Assembly (NCBI RefSeq): GCF_009914755.1
Contig: NC_060936.1
Strand: one strand, 5' to 3'
Source of the DNA: the human T2T-CHM13v2.0 reference genome, Homo sapiens
Length of the DNA stretch: 64,000 nt
A program made the position numbers and the translations under genes. The first letter of the stretch is position 1; the number at the start of each line of letters is the position of its first letter. Shown here in pieces: positions 62,390-64,000 of this stretch. The notes under the pieces are model-generated. The model was not told the origin of the DNA. It saw only the letters and a program-made list of their open reading frames with translations, and searched no databases.

Positions 62390-62900
62390 TCAGAATAGAG
62401 GCCAAACTGTAGTGTAGTAAGAAAACATGCAAACAAGCAGTCAAAAAAAAGAAAAAGCCAAAAACCTACCAAAATAAAATAGATGTTTATTCTCATCTGT
62501 GTAACTGGCTAAAATTAGGAAGCCCAGGCTTGCAAGGCCCTGTTGCACAAAGTGATTTGCTGTGCCAGGTTACTTCCGTCTTATTTACTCCACAGGTTTT
62601 ATCTTCATCAGCCTGGTCAAAGCTGGATTTCCATCACACATGTGCTCACTCCACGGAACGTGCAAAAGGTCAAGACATACAAACTCAGAGTTTTTAAAAT
62701 CAAGAATTGAAAGTGGTCCACTAGCTTCTGTTCATAGGACATTGAGCCCCAGATTTGGCACATGACCGTAAGTAACTGACACAGCTACTGGGAATGTGTA
62801 ATCTCTCGCTGGATATTCATATGTCCAGCTTAAACTCTGTTTCTATGAAGGAAAATGAATAATGGATTTTGGGGTGGTAACTATCAGGCTACTATCGCCA
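62390..62900 (-). mobile_element. Old MLT1 (I/J-like) LTR
   Basis: 'aataaaatagatgtttattctc...cacatgacc...actgggaatgtgtaatct...gaataatggattttgggg'. Confidence 0.5.
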
Positions 62901-64000
62901 TCTATTTAGGCAAGCACAGTGATAAGTAATTGGGGAAAGGACTTACAATCTAGTGGAGAGAGATGTCTAGGATATTCAAAAGCTATATAATACCAGTTAT
63001 TATGAAATAACCAATAAATAGAGGTAAACGTTTTAGGGATTAAAAAAAGGAGTGATTTAGGTGGAGAATTTGAGAAGGTTTTGTAAAAATAGTAGTTTGT
63101 GGTGATAGAGAAAGCACAGAATTTCAATCTCAGCAACTTGCAGAATGTGAGTGAAGCATTCAGTAAACTTGAAGCTTCATAAGGTGTTGTGGGTAGGGTT
63201 AGAAAACCAGGCAGGAAAGGTGTGTTGGAATCAAACCACAAAGAGTCTTGACTATCATGTGTAAAGAATGTGAACTTTCTTCAACAATCAATGGCAAATA
63301 AGTGAAGCCTTTTGAAGTACTATAAACTTCAGTTTTACAGACAACTGTTTTAGCCTCCACTTTTCCATACCCACTGAAGCAATCCACTAGTATGTGGAAA
63401 TCTAGCTTTAATATTTTTGTTCCTTCAAATAATTAAGATAAACTCAATGTAAGGCAATAGTTTCATTCCAACTACCCCAGGGAGTATTGGAGTGGAGGAA
63501 GGAGTGCCATATGGTACAGCCAAGAAAATCTTCATGAGAACGGGAACACTTCTTGAAAAGAGTATTCATGAAGATGTAAATAACCTAAAATGAAAGTGGG
63601 CTCCAACGTAATATTTTGATCTGAAGCTAAAGACTGATTAAGATTTTCTTGAACTTAAACTTGAATCAGTGTGATTATCAAGGGGTGTAATTAAGAGTCA
63701 CATCCTTTCTAGGTCTGTGGGGAAATTCCCATCACCATTGATGAGAATTGTGCATAAAGATCATGGGAAGAACATGGCCCTTGGGTTTCCTCTTAAACAG
63801 CCTGTAGGATTTGTTATGGTTACTTTAATGCACTGGTCCTTGGAGACACTAACTACAGTTCTGCCTCTACCTTCCATGCTGAAAATAACAAAAGTTGGGA
63901 GTGGGAGCCCCAGGAGATGTAGATATCTTTTCATTCTTTCTTCTTTATCTACAATTGATTTATTATCAAAGGGAAAACTGGCTCCATGAATGCCAAGTCG

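Overview
AT-rich, CpG-depleted primate genomic DNA, most likely human or great ape (AluY, L1PA elements). It is intronic or intergenic and dominated by interspersed repeats. I find no credible cellular protein-coding exon, RNA gene, processed pseudogene or CpG island, and I cannot name the locus. The ORFs in the track that I can recognise are Alu, L1 or Tigger1 remnants; the rest look like chance ORFs. Main content: about 12 Alu copies or fragments; two L1PA elements with 5' inversions; an end-to-end ancient L1MB with its TSD still visible; an internally deleted Tigger1 carrying three Alu-family inserts; MER2, MER5A, MER30 and MER58 DNA transposons; several MaLR/ERVL LTRs; and L2/MIR fragments. 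The most unusual structure, not explained by repeat families, is a set of local inverted duplications. Two bipartite inverted copies of nearby upstream sequence lie at 58404-58544 and 59527-59626, and a more diverged third lies at 46537-46607. Other items of note are a polyadenylated ERV1-LTR retrocopy, a strong CTCF core motif and a motif-dense enhancer candidate. Repeat subfamily names come from recalled consensus sequences, not a database search. Boundaries of old repeats are approximate.
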